Origin: Rhodosorus marinus CCMP1338
Taxonomy: Eukaryota; Plantae; Rhodophyta
Length of the DNA: 64,000 nucleotides
Assembly: GCA_029953675.1 (NCBI GenBank)
Contig: JAMWBK010000002.1
Location: 2,666,001-2,730,000 of the forward strand
Direction: 5' to 3'
Position 1 is the stretch's first letter. Each line of letters opens with the position of its first letter. This document shows positions 62,991-64,000 of this stretch, piece after piece. A model generated the notes under the pieces. That model was not told the origin of the DNA. It ran no database searches and saw only the letters and a list, made by a program, of their open reading frames with translations. A program made the position numbers and the translations under genes.

Positions 62991-64000
62991 CGATGTGTGT
63001 AGTAGCTACCGGGTGGTTAGCTGGAGGCGATCCAGAACATTATTTACAGAGAAATGTCCTTAGCAAATTTCTTCATGTGATACTAGTAAATGCCAACTGC
63101 AACCAACAGGTTTTTCCGGGCAACAGTATGGTATGCAGACTCACCGGGCCACTCGACACAAAAAAAAAAAACCTCGTAAATCTCCGTCCATTCAGGTCCA
63201 TCCCGAATTCATTCACCCTTGTTACGGACCTGGCCTATCCAGGAAATGGAATAAACTTACACGACATAACCCGACCTTCATCTCACAACAACGACTCTTC
63301 CCCCATCCCCTCACCCCGTTCCCCCTCCCGGACCGATCCATCTCAAGCTGACACCCACGTCAGTCCAATCCAATAAGAATCCTAGTACCCAGTACGGACA
63401 ACCTGTCAAATATATTCTTTTGATATTAAACAATTTATTCCTCTAGGGGACGTCCAAATCTTCAACAAAAAGGAAAATCGATTCAAAATAATTTGTAATT
63501 CATCACATTTGAGATAGAACCCTTAACCAATCCCATGTGGAGGTTTCCGACGAATCGGCGATGAAACGACGTGGACAGTCTGTCCTGTCCGGTCGACGAA
63601 AGAATTTTTTATTATTGAATAGTATATAAAAAAATTAGCTCCGCGGTTGGGAATGATTAAAAAAACGAAAAGGATGATGTGGAGATTTGTCCGATAATTG
63701 TTTTTAAAATGAGAACAAATTCGTCTTGTATTTTGGGAAAAGGAACGTGAGATTTTCTGCGATTTTTTTGACATTTCTGTGTTTTTTTTTCCCCGAGGAT
63801 TTTGGATGTTACAGGCTGTCATGAAACTACCATTGGCCATTCGGGATTGGGTCCAGCAGGTGATGGTAAAAATCGGGGATTTCGTGGATTGACGGAAGAA
63901 AGTAGGATTTTTTTTTTTTGGCCGGGCGGGCGGCGGAGGAGGTTGAAGACGATGGAACCATTTGGAGACTCTGTCATGCTTTCTGCAGTTCAGTGAAGCA

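Overview
Eukaryotic, intron-rich nuclear DNA with short GT-AG introns, about 50-220 nt where traced. It is most consistent with a red alga (inference from plant-type NDUFA7, COP1, CRY-DASH, M-x-GFV transit-peptide-like starts and CRE-type retroelement debris). Positions 1-34.8 kb are gene-dense: ISWI, CRY-DASH, VPS45, a homeodomain protein, a CS/p23 protein, CysRS, EMC2, NDUFA7, a Myb protein, a TPR protein, a HAD nucleotidase, an ePHD protein and a C2H2 protein. Positions 34.8-57.5 kb are gene-poor, with decayed CRE-like non-LTR and Ty3/gypsy-like fragments, one YFH7-like P-loop kinase, and a pair of paralogous small, probably plastid-targeted proteins. COP1 and an EamA/SLC35G-like transporter follow. 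The best candidate for something undescribed is the paralogue pair (49766-50370 and 55175-55621). The two share a gap-free C-terminal helix, a WKxRAKWKQGK motif, an exact 17-nt upstream element at similar distance and a 13-nt downstream element, but differ by one intron. No CRISPR array, rRNA or convincing tRNA was seen. All family assignments come from motif recognition by eye, not database searches, and exon boundaries are approximate unless stated.
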